The notes under the pieces are model-generated. The model was not told where the DNA came from and did no database searches. It was given only the letters and a program-made list of their open reading frames with translations. Positions 29,174 through 37,794 of a stretch of 64,000 bases of DNA are shown here, piece after piece. Each line of letters begins with the position of its first letter. Position 1 is the stretch's first letter. Source of the DNA: Chthonomonadales bacterium (GTDB lineage Bacteria; Armatimonadota; Chthonomonadetes; Chthonomonadales; CAJBBX01); the NCBI GenBank assembly GCA_012517255.1, contig JAAYVH010000138.1, positions 54 to 64,053 on the forward strand, read 5' to 3'. The position numbers and the translations under genes are program-made.

Positions 29174-30504
29174 CGGCCCCAATGCCACGGGCAGAGATGA
29201 CGACACGGAAGTCCGGCGCGCTGCGTCGAGGCGCCGAGCAACCTTCGCAAGCCGCGCGCGCGCCACACGCCGAGCGCGCCAACAGGATCGTGCGGATCGC
29301 GGCGATCCTCTATGCGGCGTCGGTGCCGCTCGACGCCGTGCCGCTGGCGGGATCGTTCGGCGTCGCCCGGCTGTTCGGCGTGCTGGTTGCCGTTGCCGCA
29401 CTGACCCAGCCGGGCTTGACGCTGCGGCGACCGTCTCCGGCGTTCTGGTGGTTCGCCGTCTACGTCTTCGTCGCGCTGCTGAGCGCAGTGCCGCACCTCG
29501 ACTGGTACGGCGGCGCCATCCAGCAGCGAGCCATGACGCTGGTGCAGAACCTGATCATGTTCTGGATCATCAGCAACGTGCTGCGGGACGACGATCTGTC
29601 GAGCCGGGCGTTGGTGGACCTGGCCCTGGTGGGCACGGCCATCTCGGTGTTGATGGGCCTCGGCTTTATGCAGACGGCGGTGCACACGACGCGAGGCGTA
29701 CGACTGTCGTTTGCCGGCGTCAATCCTAACTTCCTCGGCGGTGTTCTTTCCATCTGCCTGCTGGCTCTCGTGGGCATGGTGCTGACCTCGCGCCTGACGG
29801 GACGCACATGGCGCTGGCTGGCTCCTGCGATGGCCCTGCCCGTTGCCGCGGCGCTCGTGCGCACGGGTTCGAGGGGCGCGCTGGCGGGTCTTTTCGCCGG
29901 ACTGCTTGTCCTGGCCTTTTCCGGCGAGCGGGCCACCCGACGTGTTCGCAACATGGCGCTCCTGTTTGGCGCAGGGGCGGCGGCCTACTTCGCCCTCTAC
30001 CTCACCTCCATTTCACGGGTCCGCTGGGGCGAAGCGCTCGAGGAACGTCAGGTGTCTGGCCGTGAGCGGATCTATCCGGAACTGCTCCGCATGATCGGCG
30101 AGCGCCCTCTGCAGGGATGGGGCATGGAAAACCACCGTCGAGAGCTGGGGCGCAGAGTCCCGCAGCTCACGCAGGGGGCGCTGGACAGCCATAACCTCTA
30201 TCTGCACGTACTGTCGGAGGTGGGGATCATCGGCAGCATCCCGTTCTGGATCGCCCTGGCATTATGCGTACGAGCAGGCTTTCTGGCGCGGAGGACGCGC
30301 CACGGCCTTCTCCCGCTGGTCATGGTGACAGCAATGCTGGTCAGCAACATGGTCACCACCGGCATCATCTCCAAGCCCCTCTGGTTTGTGCTCGCCTACG
30401 CCACAGCAGGCGGGATGGTAGCCTTGCGCGAACGGCGCGCCTCTCGGCTTGCCCGCATGCGCGATGAGGTTCAGCACGTGGTCGCGTCGGCGCGCGCCGG
30501 CTAG
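29170..30504 (+). CDS. O-antigen ligase/polymerase family membrane protein (Wzy-like)
   Basis: Polytopic with the O-antigen-ligase-type loop RTGSRGALAGLFAGLLVLAF and H-containing periplasmic loop (LDSHNLYLHVLSEVG). Confidence 0.7.
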   Translation: MTAPMPRAEMTTRKSGALRRGAEQPSQAARAPHAERANRIVRIAAILYAASVPLDAVPLAGSFGVARLFGVLVAVAALTQPGLTLRRPSPAFWWFAVYVFVALLSAVPHLDWYGGAIQQRAMTLVQNLIMFWIISNVLRDDDLSSRALVDLALVGTAISVLMGLGFMQTAVHTTRGVRLSFAGVNPNFLGGVLSICLLALVGMVLTSRLTGRTWRWLAPAMALPVAAALVRTGSRGALAGLFAGLLVLAFSGERATRRVRNMALLFGAGAAAYFALYLTSISRVRWGEALEERQVSGRERIYPELLRMIGERPLQGWGMENHRRELGRRVPQLTQGALDSHNLYLHVLSEVGIIGSIPFWIALALCVRAGFLARRTRHGLLPLVMVTAMLVSNMVTTGIISKPLWFVLAYATAGGMVALRERRASRLARMRDEVQHVVASARAG

Positions 30505-30519
30505 AGCGACCGGCGGTCC

Positions 30520-31659
30520 ATGGCAGGCGCCCCTCTGCGTGTTCTGCTCGTCTCGCCGCTGCCGCCTCCGGTCGGCGGCATCGCCACATGGACGCGCATC
30601 CTCCTGAGAGAGATTGCCTGCGACCCCGGCATAGCGGTCGAGCATCTGGACACCGCCGTGCGATGGCGAGCGGTGACGCAGATTTCCGCTCCGGCGCGGC
30701 TACTTGGCGGCACGGCTCAGGCGCTGCGCGACTACCTCCGCTTTCGCTCGATACTGCGCAGCATCACGCCCGACGTGGTGCACATCTGCACGAGCGCAGG
30801 ATACGCGCTGCGCAAAGACCTGCTCATGCTTCGTGCGGCGGCTTCCAGGGGAGTTCGCGCCATCATCCATTACCGCATGGGTCGCATACCCGCGCTGGCG
30901 CAGAGTCAGGGAGGTGAATGGGACCTCCTGCGCCAATGCACAGCGACCGCGCATACGTCGGTAGTGCTCGATCGGCGATCCATGCGGGCGCTTCGGGAGG
31001 CCTGCCCCGCGGCCGATGTTCGCAGCCTGCCCAACATGGTGGACCTTATGGCGGTGGACGGCGTTCTCGGCGGTCTGGACAACTCGGACGCGAACAGCGC
31101 GCTGGACTGCGCTGTCTGTCTGGTGTATGTAGGGCATGTGCTGCCCTCGAAGGGTGTCACCGATCTGGTGGAAGCCTGCCGGCTCACGGGCCTGCGCCTG
31201 AGGCTGGAGGTCGTGGGACCCGCCGAAGACGCGTATTGTCGCGAGTTGGCGTCCAGGAGCGGCGATCATACGACGCTCATCTTTCATGGTACGCTATCGC
31301 ACGAGGAGGCGCTGGAGACGCTGCGCCGGGGCAATGTGTTCGTCCTGCCGAGCCACTCGGAGGGCTTCCCGAATGTGGTCGCCGAAGCCATGGCCTGCGC
31401 GCGTCCCGTGCTGGCGACGGATGTCGGCGCCATGCCGGAGATGCTCGACGCAGAATCCGCCGAGCCGTGCGGCATCTGCGTCGAAGCCAAGAACCCGGCG
31501 GCGCTGGCGGATGCAATCACCCTGATGGCCGGAGACGCCGGCCTGCGGGCGGCGATGGGAGCGCGAGGCCGACGCCGCGCTGAGACCGAATACGCCGCTC
31601 CGGTAGTGACCCGAAGGTTGACGGAGCTCTGGCGCGAAGTGGCGGCGCTATCCGGCTAA
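30520..31659 (+). CDS. Glycosyltransferase family 4
   Basis: LRVLLVSPLPPPVGGIATW and SHSEGFPNVVAEAMACARPVLATDVGAMPEML. Confidence 0.85.
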   Translation: MAGAPLRVLLVSPLPPPVGGIATWTRILLREIACDPGIAVEHLDTAVRWRAVTQISAPARLLGGTAQALRDYLRFRSILRSITPDVVHICTSAGYALRKDLLMLRAAASRGVRAIIHYRMGRIPALAQSQGGEWDLLRQCTATAHTSVVLDRRSMRALREACPAADVRSLPNMVDLMAVDGVLGGLDNSDANSALDCAVCLVYVGHVLPSKGVTDLVEACRLTGLRLRLEVVGPAEDAYCRELASRSGDHTTLIFHGTLSHEEALETLRRGNVFVLPSHSEGFPNVVAEAMACARPVLATDVGAMPEMLDAESAEPCGICVEAKNPAALADAITLMAGDAGLRAAMGARGRRRAETEYAAPVVTRRLTELWREVAALSG

Positions 31660-31725
31660 CGGACCGATGGGATGGATGAGACGGGAGGAACTCCTTCGCG
31701 CGAAGGACGGGAGGTCGGATCAGTG

Positions 31726-32751
31726 ATGTTCGATGGCAAGGTGGCGCTGATTACCGGAGGTACAGGATCCTTCGGCAACGCAGCCGTCCGGCGGTTTCTG
31801 GAGACGGGTCTGCGCGAAATCCGCGTGTTCAGCCGTGACGAGAAGAAGCAGGAGGACATGCGGATCGGCTACGCCAACCCGCGCCTGCGGTTCTACATCG
31901 GCGACGTGCGCGAGCCCGACAGTCTGAAGGACGCCATGGTCGGCGTGGATTACGTGTTCCATGCGGCTGCGCTGAAGCAGGTTCCGTCGTGCGAGTTCTA
32001 TCCCATCGAAGCCATCAAGACCAACGCTCTGGGCGCCGAGAACGTCATGACGGCGGCCATGGAGTGCGGGGTCAAGCGTCTCGTGGTGCTGAGCACGGAC
32101 AAGGCTGTCTACCCCATCAACGCCATGGGGATCAGCAAGGCCATGATGGAGAAGCTCATGGTCGCCAAGGCGCGCGTGGCTGCCGAGCGGGGAGCGATCA
32201 TGTGCGGCACGCGGTATGGCAACGTCATGGCCTCGCGAGGCTCCGTGATTCCGCTCTTCATCGAGCAGATCAAACGGGGCGACCCGCTGACCATCACGGA
32301 TCCGAACATGACCCGGTTCATGATGTCCATCGAGGAAGCGGTGGACCTGGTGCTCTTCGCGTTTGAGCACGGCAAGCCCGGCGACATCTTCGTCCAGAAG
32401 GCGCCCGCAGCCACGATCGGCACGCTAGCCGAGGCCCTGAAGCGCATCTTCAAGGCGGACAATCCCGTGCGGATCATCGGCACGCGTCACGGCGAGAAGC
32501 TGTATGAGACGCTGCTGACGCGCGAGGAGCGGATCGCGGCGGAAGATATGGGCGGCTACTACCGCGTTCCAGCCGACAACAGAGACCTGAACTACGCGCT
32601 CTATTTCACCGAAGGCATGCCCGAAGCCTCCGCGGTCGAGGACTACAACTCGCACAACACCGAGCGCCTCGACGTGGACGGCATGGAGGCCATGCTGCGC
32701 AGGCTGCGCTACGTGCAGGAGGAGCTTGGTCAGGCGAAGGCTGCGGCCTGA
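31726..32751 (+). CDS. fnlA: UDP-N-acetylglucosamine 4,6-dehydratase/5-epimerase (FnlA/CapE/WbjB type)
   Basis: MFDGKVALITGGTGSFGN, VFHAAALKQVPSCEFYP, and M-x-x-x-K (NAMGISKAMMEK) in place of Y-x-x-x-K, the CapE/FnlA hallmark. GGGAGG RBS before the ATG at 31726. Confidence 0.85.
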   Translation: MFDGKVALITGGTGSFGNAAVRRFLETGLREIRVFSRDEKKQEDMRIGYANPRLRFYIGDVREPDSLKDAMVGVDYVFHAAALKQVPSCEFYPIEAIKTNALGAENVMTAAMECGVKRLVVLSTDKAVYPINAMGISKAMMEKLMVAKARVAAERGAIMCGTRYGNVMASRGSVIPLFIEQIKRGDPLTITDPNMTRFMMSIEEAVDLVLFAFEHGKPGDIFVQKAPAATIGTLAEALKRIFKADNPVRIIGTRHGEKLYETLLTREERIAAEDMGGYYRVPADNRDLNYALYFTEGMPEASAVEDYNSHNTERLDVDGMEAMLRRLRYVQEELGQAKAAA

Positions 32752-32837
32752 GAGGCGCTACGGACGCATGTCCATATCCCAACGCACTTTCGTGTGTGGG
32801 CGCCATGCGCCGGGCGGAATAACGTGAAGGAGATGCA

Positions 32838-34010
32838 GTGGTGAAGACCGTCCTCGTAACAGGATCGTCGGGGTTCATGGGGCGCAACCTGACCGTGGCG
32901 CTGAGCCGGCGCGACGATCTGGAGGTCATCGGCTACGACGTGGACACGGGCGGCGATCTGGCCGAGCTGGTCGGCAGGGCGGACGTGATCTATCACCTCG
33001 CAGGCATCAATCGGCCTCCCGACCCGAGCGAATATGCGCGGGGCAATGCCGGCCTCACCGCCGAGGTATGCGACCTTGCCGCGGCTCGATCCGTCCCGCC
33101 GATGATCGTGCTCTCCTCATCGATCCAGGCGGAGCTCGACAATCCGTATGGCGCGAGCAAGCGGGCCGCCGAGGACGCCGTGCGCGCTTACGCCGAGAGG
33201 ACGGGAGCGGTCGGCGTGGCGTTCAGGCTGCCCAACGTGTTCGGGAAGTGGTCGCGCCCCAACTACAACTCGGCAGTCGCGACCTTCTGCCACAACATCG
33301 CCCGGGATCTGCCGATCACCGTCTCTGACCCCGATCGGGAAATGCAACTCGTCTACATTGACGATGTCGTCGCGGCATTCATCACGCTGCTGGACGACTT
33401 CACTCCCTCCCCCTTGACGGGGGAGGGCAAGAGAGGGGGTGATCGAGCGGGGGGATTCCGCTATGGCGCGGTTGAGCCGGTGTTCCGCCTGAAACTGGGC
33501 GAGATCGTCGAACGCATTCGTGCGCTGCGTCGAAGCTGCGAGGACCTCATGCTGCCCGACCTGAGCGATCCGCTCAACCGGAGGCTGCTGGCGACCTACA
33601 ACTCGTTTCTGCCGCCCGAACGCTGGGGCTACGACCTCCAGCAGCGCTCCGATCCGCGCGGCGTGCTGGCCGAGTTCATTAAGACGCACGGCGCAGGTCA
33701 GATATTCGTGTCGACGACGAAGCCCGGCATTGTCCGGGGCAACCACTACCACGACACCAAGGTTGAGAAGTTTCTCGTGCTGTCGGGTGAGGCCGAGATA
33801 CGGTTCCGGATGATTGGCCGGGGCGGGGGTGACGACGTCATCCGCATCCGCGTCTCCGGCAGCGACCTCCGCGTGGTGGATATTCCCCCGGGCTACACCC
33901 ACTGCATCCAGAACGTCGGCGACACGGACATGATCACGCTCTTCTGGGCATCGGAAGTATTCGATCCCGCGCGACCCGACACGGTGTTCGAGGACGTGGA
34001 CCATGGCTAA
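32838..34010 (+). CDS. fnlB: UDP-2-acetamido-2,6-dideoxy-hexulose reductase, SDR plus C-terminal cupin (FnlB/CapF type)
   Basis: GTG start with [24 protein letters not shown] Rossmann N-terminus and cupin C-terminus ([21 protein letters not shown]). Located between the FnlA- and FnlC-type genes. Confidence 0.8.
   Translation: MVKTVLVTGSSGFMGRNLTVALSRRDDLEVIGYDVDTGGDLAELVGRADVIYHLAGINRPPDPSEYARGNAGLTAEVCDLAAARSVPPMIVLSSSIQAELDNPYGASKRAAEDAVRAYAERTGAVGVAFRLPNVFGKWSRPNYNSAVATFCHNIARDLPITVSDPDREMQLVYIDDVVAAFITLLDDFTPSPLTGEGKRGGDRAGGFRYGAVEPVFRLKLGEIVERIRALRRSCEDLMLPDLSDPLNRRLLATYNSFLPPERWGYDLQQRSDPRGVLAEFIKTHGAGQIFVSTTKPGIVRGNHYHDTKVEKFLVLSGEAEIRFRMIGRGGGDDVIRIRVSGSDLRVVDIPPGYTHCIQNVGDTDMITLFWASEVFDPARPDTVFEDVDHG
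33405..33445 (+). repeat. GC-rich palindromic mini-element embedded in frame in the fnlB-like gene (copy 1)
   Basis: CCCTCCCCC-TTGAC-GGGGGAGGG, a perfect 9-bp stem, followed by CAAGAGAGGGGGTGA. It encodes [13 protein letters not shown] in the SDR-cupin linker. About 75 percent identical to 36366-36406. Confidence 0.7.
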
Positions 34011-35133
34011 GATGCGGGTCATGACCGTCGTGGGCACGCGGCCCGAGATCATCCGACTCTCGCGGGTCATAGCAGCGCTGGATCGATACGCCGACCATGC
34101 CCTGGTGCACACGGGACAGAACTACGACTACGAGCTGAATCAGGTGTTCTTCGAGGACATGGAGATCCGGCCGCCCGATCATTACCTGAACGCGGCAGGA
34201 GCGAACGCCGCGGAGACTATCGGCAAGACGATCGCTGCCACCGATCAGGTGCTGGCCGAGATCAGCCCGGAAGCCTTCCTCGTGCTCGGAGACACGAACA
34301 GCTGCCTCGCGGCCATTGCTGCCAAGCGGCGGCGCGTGCCGGTGTTTCATATGGAGGCCGGCAATCGGTGCTTCGATGAGCGGGTGCCCGAGGAGATCAA
34401 CCGCCGCATCATTGACCACATCAGCGACATCAACATGCCGTACAGCTCCATCGCGCGGGACTACTTGCTGCGCGAGGGTCTGCCGCCGGATCGCGTCATC
34501 AAGACGGGCAGCCCCATGTACGAAGTCCTGACCTACTACAGGCCCAAGATCGAGCGGTCAGACGCGTTGGCGCGGCTGGGACTGGAGTCGGGAGGATACT
34601 TCGTGGTGAGCAGCCATCGCGAGGAGAACGTCGATTCGCCTGCGCTCTTCGAACGGCTCATTGAGGTGCTCAATGGCCTCGTCGAGCGGTATGGGCTGCG
34701 TGTCATCGTCTCGACCCATCCCCGCACGCGCAAGCGGATCGAGGCGACGGGCGCGCAGATCAGCGAGTGGGTGTCGCTGCTCAAGCCGCTGGGCTTCACC
34801 GACTACGTGAAACTGCAGACAGAGGCCCGGGCCGTCCTATCGGACAGCGGCACGATCACCGAGGAATCCTCGATCCTGAACTTCCCGGCGTTGAACATCC
34901 GAGAAGCGCACGAGCGTCCCGAGGGCATGGAGGAAGGCGCCGTGATGATGACGGGCATGGACCCCGAGACCATCTTCCGGTGCCTCGCCATCCTCGACAG
35001 TCAGCCCCGCGGCGAGCGGCGAATGCTCCTGCCCGTGGCCGACTATCAGTCGCCAAGCGTCTCCGAGAAGGTCGTGCGGATCATCCACTCCTATGCCGGC
35101 TATGTGAATCGAACCGTCTGGCGTCAGTACTGA
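34003..35133 (+). CDS. fnlC: UDP-N-acetylglucosamine 2-epimerase, non-hydrolysing (FnlC/CapG/WecB type)
   Basis: [27 protein letters not shown], and 8-nt overlap with the preceding gene. Confidence 0.9.
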   Translation: MAKMRVMTVVGTRPEIIRLSRVIAALDRYADHALVHTGQNYDYELNQVFFEDMEIRPPDHYLNAAGANAAETIGKTIAATDQVLAEISPEAFLVLGDTNSCLAAIAAKRRRVPVFHMEAGNRCFDERVPEEINRRIIDHISDINMPYSSIARDYLLREGLPPDRVIKTGSPMYEVLTYYRPKIERSDALARLGLESGGYFVVSSHREENVDSPALFERLIEVLNGLVERYGLRVIVSTHPRTRKRIEATGAQISEWVSLLKPLGFTDYVKLQTEARAVLSDSGTITEESSILNFPALNIREAHERPEGMEEGAVMMTGMDPETIFRCLAILDSQPRGERRMLLPVADYQSPSVSEKVVRIIHSYAGYVNRTVWRQY

Positions 35134-35142
35134 GGCCCGTTC

Positions 35143-36414
35143 GTGCGTGTCCTGCTCCTTACCCACTATTTCCCGCCGGAGATCGGCTCGGGACCGCACT
35201 ACCCCATGGAGCTGGCGGAATCCCTCGTGAAGCGCGGGCACAGGGTGACGGTTGTCACCAACTTCCCTCGCTATAACGTGCCGGTCATGCCGCCGGACTA
35301 CCGGTACCGCCTCCTCAAGCGAGAGTGCAAGGCCGGCGTGCAGATACTGCGCATCAACGCGCCCAACTTCTACGGGAGCTCTGTGGTCAGTCGCGGTCTG
35401 GTCCAGCTGCTGGCTCCGCCCGTTCTCGGCCTCAGAGCGGCGCTCGCGGGCCGCCATGACGTCATCTACACGGTCACGCCGCCGATTATGATCGGATTGG
35501 CTGCGCGCCGCGTGGCGCAGGTCCACCGCGTGCCCTGGGTCGCCAACGTGCAGGACCTCTTTCCCCAGTGCATGATAGACCTGGGAATCCTGCGCGGACA
35601 GCGCATGATCCGCATGTTCGAGCGGATGGAGCGGACGCTCTACCGGACCGCCACAGCCATCACGGTGATGTCGCCCGGCAATCGCGAGTTCGTCATCGGC
35701 CGGGGAGGCGATCCCGATCGTGTGCATGTGGCCCCGAACTGGGTGGATACCGACTCCTTTGACGCCGACGCCCCGCGCGGGGAGTTTCGACGGGAACATG
35801 ACCTTGGCGATGCCTTCCTTGTGGTCTTTGCCGGCACCATGGGCTTCTCGCAGGGGCTGGAGGTCGTCATCGAGGCGGCGCGCCTGACCCGGAGTGAGCA
35901 GGGACTGCTCTGGGTCATGGTAGGCGGCGGCGCGGAACGGGATCGCCTGGCGGCTGCTGCAGACGGGCTATCCAACATCCGGTTCCTGCCCATGCAGCCC
36001 AAGGAGAAATCCCCGCGTGTTCTCGCCGATGCGGACGTGTGCCTCGTGACGTTGCGGCCGGAAGTCGCCACGCCCACCGTGCCATCGAAGATCGGCACCA
36101 TCATGGCAGCGGGTCGGCCTCTGATCGCGTCCATACCGGCCACGGGCGATGCCAAGCGCGTCATCGAGGAGTCGGGCGGCGGCATCGTGGTTCCGCCGGC
36201 GGACGCACAAGCGCTCGCCGATGCCGTGCTGACAATGATGCGAGATCGGGAGACGCTTGCCGAGATGGGCCGCTCCGGCCGGGCGTATGCGGAAGGGCAC
36301 CTATCGCGAGAAGCATGCGTTACGCTGGTTGAGAACGTGCTCAAGAGCGTGACCGGCGGGGCAATCCCTTCCCCGCAACGGGGAGGTCTGGGAGGGGGTG
36401 AAGCGGCTCCATGA
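35143..36414 (+). CDS. Glycosyltransferase family 4, WbuB-like (candidate L-FucNAc transferase)
   Basis: GTG start. VRVLLLTHYFPPEIGSGPHYPMELAESLVKRGHRVTVVTNFPRYN is typical of WbuB-type enzymes that follow fnlABC. Confidence 0.75.
   Translation: MRVLLLTHYFPPEIGSGPHYPMELAESLVKRGHRVTVVTNFPRYNVPVMPPDYRYRLLKRECKAGVQILRINAPNFYGSSVVSRGLVQLLAPPVLGLRAALAGRHDVIYTVTPPIMIGLAARRVAQVHRVPWVANVQDLFPQCMIDLGILRGQRMIRMFERMERTLYRTATAITVMSPGNREFVIGRGGDPDRVHVAPNWVDTDSFDADAPRGEFRREHDLGDAFLVVFAGTMGFSQGLEVVIEAARLTRSEQGLLWVMVGGGAERDRLAAAADGLSNIRFLPMQPKEKSPRVLADADVCLVTLRPEVATPTVPSKIGTIMAAGRPLIASIPATGDAKRVIEESGGGIVVPPADAQALADAVLTMMRDRETLAEMGRSGRAYAEGHLSREACVTLVENVLKSVTGGAIPSPQRGGLGGGEAAP
36366..36406 (+). repeat. GC-rich palindromic mini-element embedded in frame at the 3' end of the WbuB-like gene (copy 2)
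   Basis: CCCTTCCCC-GCAAC-GGGGAGG followed by TCTGGGAGGGGGTGAAGCGG. It encodes the C-terminal tail PSPQRGGLGGGEAAP. Confidence 0.65.
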
Positions 36415-37118
36415 CTGCTGCCACAGCGGATAGGAGACCCAACGAAAGACCCGCGGTAACCGTGCGCGCGGCGACCGGCGCCGATCTGCCGGCCGTTGCC
36501 CGTATCCACACGCACGCTTTCCCCGGCTTCGTGCTGACGCAACTCGGCGAGGGGTTCCTGAGCCGGTATTACCGCGCGGTGATGGAGTACCCGCGCGGTG
36601 CGCTGCTGGTTGCGGAGGCGGAAGGCAGGCTGATCGGCTTCGCGGCCGGCTTCGCCGACCCGCCCGCCTTTTCGCGCGCCCTTAAGCGCCGCATCCTCTC
36701 GCTGGCGCCGCATATCATCGTCGGGGTGCTGACGCATCCGCGCGTGTTCGGCATCGTCTGGCAGACATCCGTGGGCGTGCTGCAAGGGCGGCTGCAGGTG
36801 TCGGCGCCCGCCGGAGCCGACGGCGAGATGACGCTGCCCGAAGTGGACGAGTCGGACGAGTTCGAGTTGTGCTCGATCGGCGTGGCGCCGGAAGCTCAGG
36901 GGCTGGGAGCCGGAAAGGCGTTGACTCGCGGCATCGTCGAGGCGGCCCGCTCGATCGGGGTCAAGGGCATCTACCTGAATACCGACGCCGACGACAATGA
37001 CTACGTCAACAGGTTTCATGCCGCGATGGGCTTTGAGCTCCAGGGCTGGTACATGGCCACGGGCAAGCGCCGCCGCAATCGGTACCGTATGTCGCTTGCC
37101 GACGGCGACCAGGCCTGA
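36411..37118 (+). CDS. GNAT family N-acetyltransferase
   Basis: Acetyl-CoA motif CSIGVAPEAQGLGAGKALTRGIV. The start overlaps the upstream stop (ATGA). Confidence 0.8.
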   Translation: MTAATADRRPNERPAVTVRAATGADLPAVARIHTHAFPGFVLTQLGEGFLSRYYRAVMEYPRGALLVAEAEGRLIGFAAGFADPPAFSRALKRRILSLAPHIIVGVLTHPRVFGIVWQTSVGVLQGRLQVSAPAGADGEMTLPEVDESDEFELCSIGVAPEAQGLGAGKALTRGIVEAARSIGVKGIYLNTDADDNDYVNRFHAAMGFELQGWYMATGKRRRNRYRMSLADGDQA

Positions 37119-37130
37119 TAGAATGATGCC

Positions 37131-37340
37131 ATGGGAGCGTTGCTCGACGGAAGCTTTGTCCTGCGCCTGCTTCGCAGGGTCGCTTCGCTCGCCATCCTTG
37201 TGCTGGCGATCGGTCTGGCGCCGGATGGGAATCAGATGGGTCCCGTGCGCGCCAAACAGGCCGCGATGACGTTCCTGACCATTGCCGGCATCGGCAAGAT
37301 CCTCTACGACACACTGTATTACGACCGCTTTCGGGCGTAA
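37131..37340 (+). CDS. Small hypothetical membrane protein (69 aa)
   Basis: Two hydrophobic segments (VASLAILVLAIGLA, AAMTFLTIAGIG). GC3-rich frame. No clear SD. Last ORF of the polysaccharide cluster. Confidence 0.4.
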   Translation: MGALLDGSFVLRLLRRVASLAILVLAIGLAPDGNQMGPVRAKQAAMTFLTIAGIGKILYDTLYYDRFRA

Positions 37341-37379
37341 TCGGGCCTTCCGTCGCCCAGGCCCAAGCACGGTCGCCGG

Positions 37380-37664
37380 CATCCCCGCATGCCGTTGGCG
37401 GAGACCCGGAGTTCGGCAATGGATTCCCGCCTTCGCGGGAATGACGGTGGCAGATCTGGCACATCATTGAGCAGGCGCGCGCATGCCGTGGGGGCGCATC
37501 AGCCGGACGACCAGAGTCGCAACCAGACCAACCGAGGTCCCGACCGGCTGGTACGCCCTTGGTGCGGCGAACTGCCGCGTTACCGCAGACGTGGGCGAAC
37601 CAACCGCGCGCTGCAGCGTTCCTCGTCGCGAACGTTCCGCTCGGCGGTTGATTGGCCCCCACGG
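37380..37664 (+). repeat. Composite structured intergenic repeat, copy 2 (alpha module 37380-37445, beta module 37488-37664)
   Basis: CATCCCCGCATGCCGTTGGC is identical to 8751-8770. Perfect hairpin ATTCCCGC-CTTC-GCGGGAAT at 37423-37442. 15-bp stem 37492-37506 with 37544-37558. The 22-nt box at 37593-37614 is identical to 8991-9012. Confidence 0.8.
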
Positions 37665-37741
37665 GCTTGCGGATCGCTCACCCGTGCGAGCCGCGGCTTG
37701 GAGGTGGCGGGACAACACGCCGCAGATCATGCCCGAGAGCG

Positions 37742-37750
37742 TGCAATAAT
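37742..37750 (+). promoter_or_regulatory. Extended -10-like element (TGCAATAAT) upstream of the DPP-IV gene
   Basis: TG-n-AATAAT lies 45 nt upstream of the GTG start at 37795, which is preceded by AGGAGG. Confidence 0.35.
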
Positions 37751-37794
37751 CGTCACACCGAACTGACAGGCCGCACCACAGGAGGACCGCCGCC

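Noticed and set aside
9063-37379. The 28-kb segment between the two direct copies of the composite repeat might be a genomic island bounded by att-like repeats.
   Set aside because: There is no integrase, transposase or tRNA gene. The segment contains housekeeping genes (cysK, PiT/DUF47, oxidoreductases) and shows no obvious compositional break by eye. The repeats are more likely members of a dispersed family.
35640-37382. 580-aa minus-strand ORF spanning three plus-strand genes. Similar very long ORFs occur at 42553-44310 (-), 44927-46270 (-), 61225-63111 (+), 50127-51527 (+), 24092-25408 (-), 52561-53868 (-), 51573-52895 (+) and 33117-34112 (-).
   Set aside because: All lie antisense to, or out of frame with, genes that have clear family motifs. 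Their translations are Arg/Pro/Gly/Ala-rich low-complexity strings typical of shadow ORFs in high-GC DNA. None has a recognisable motif or RBS.
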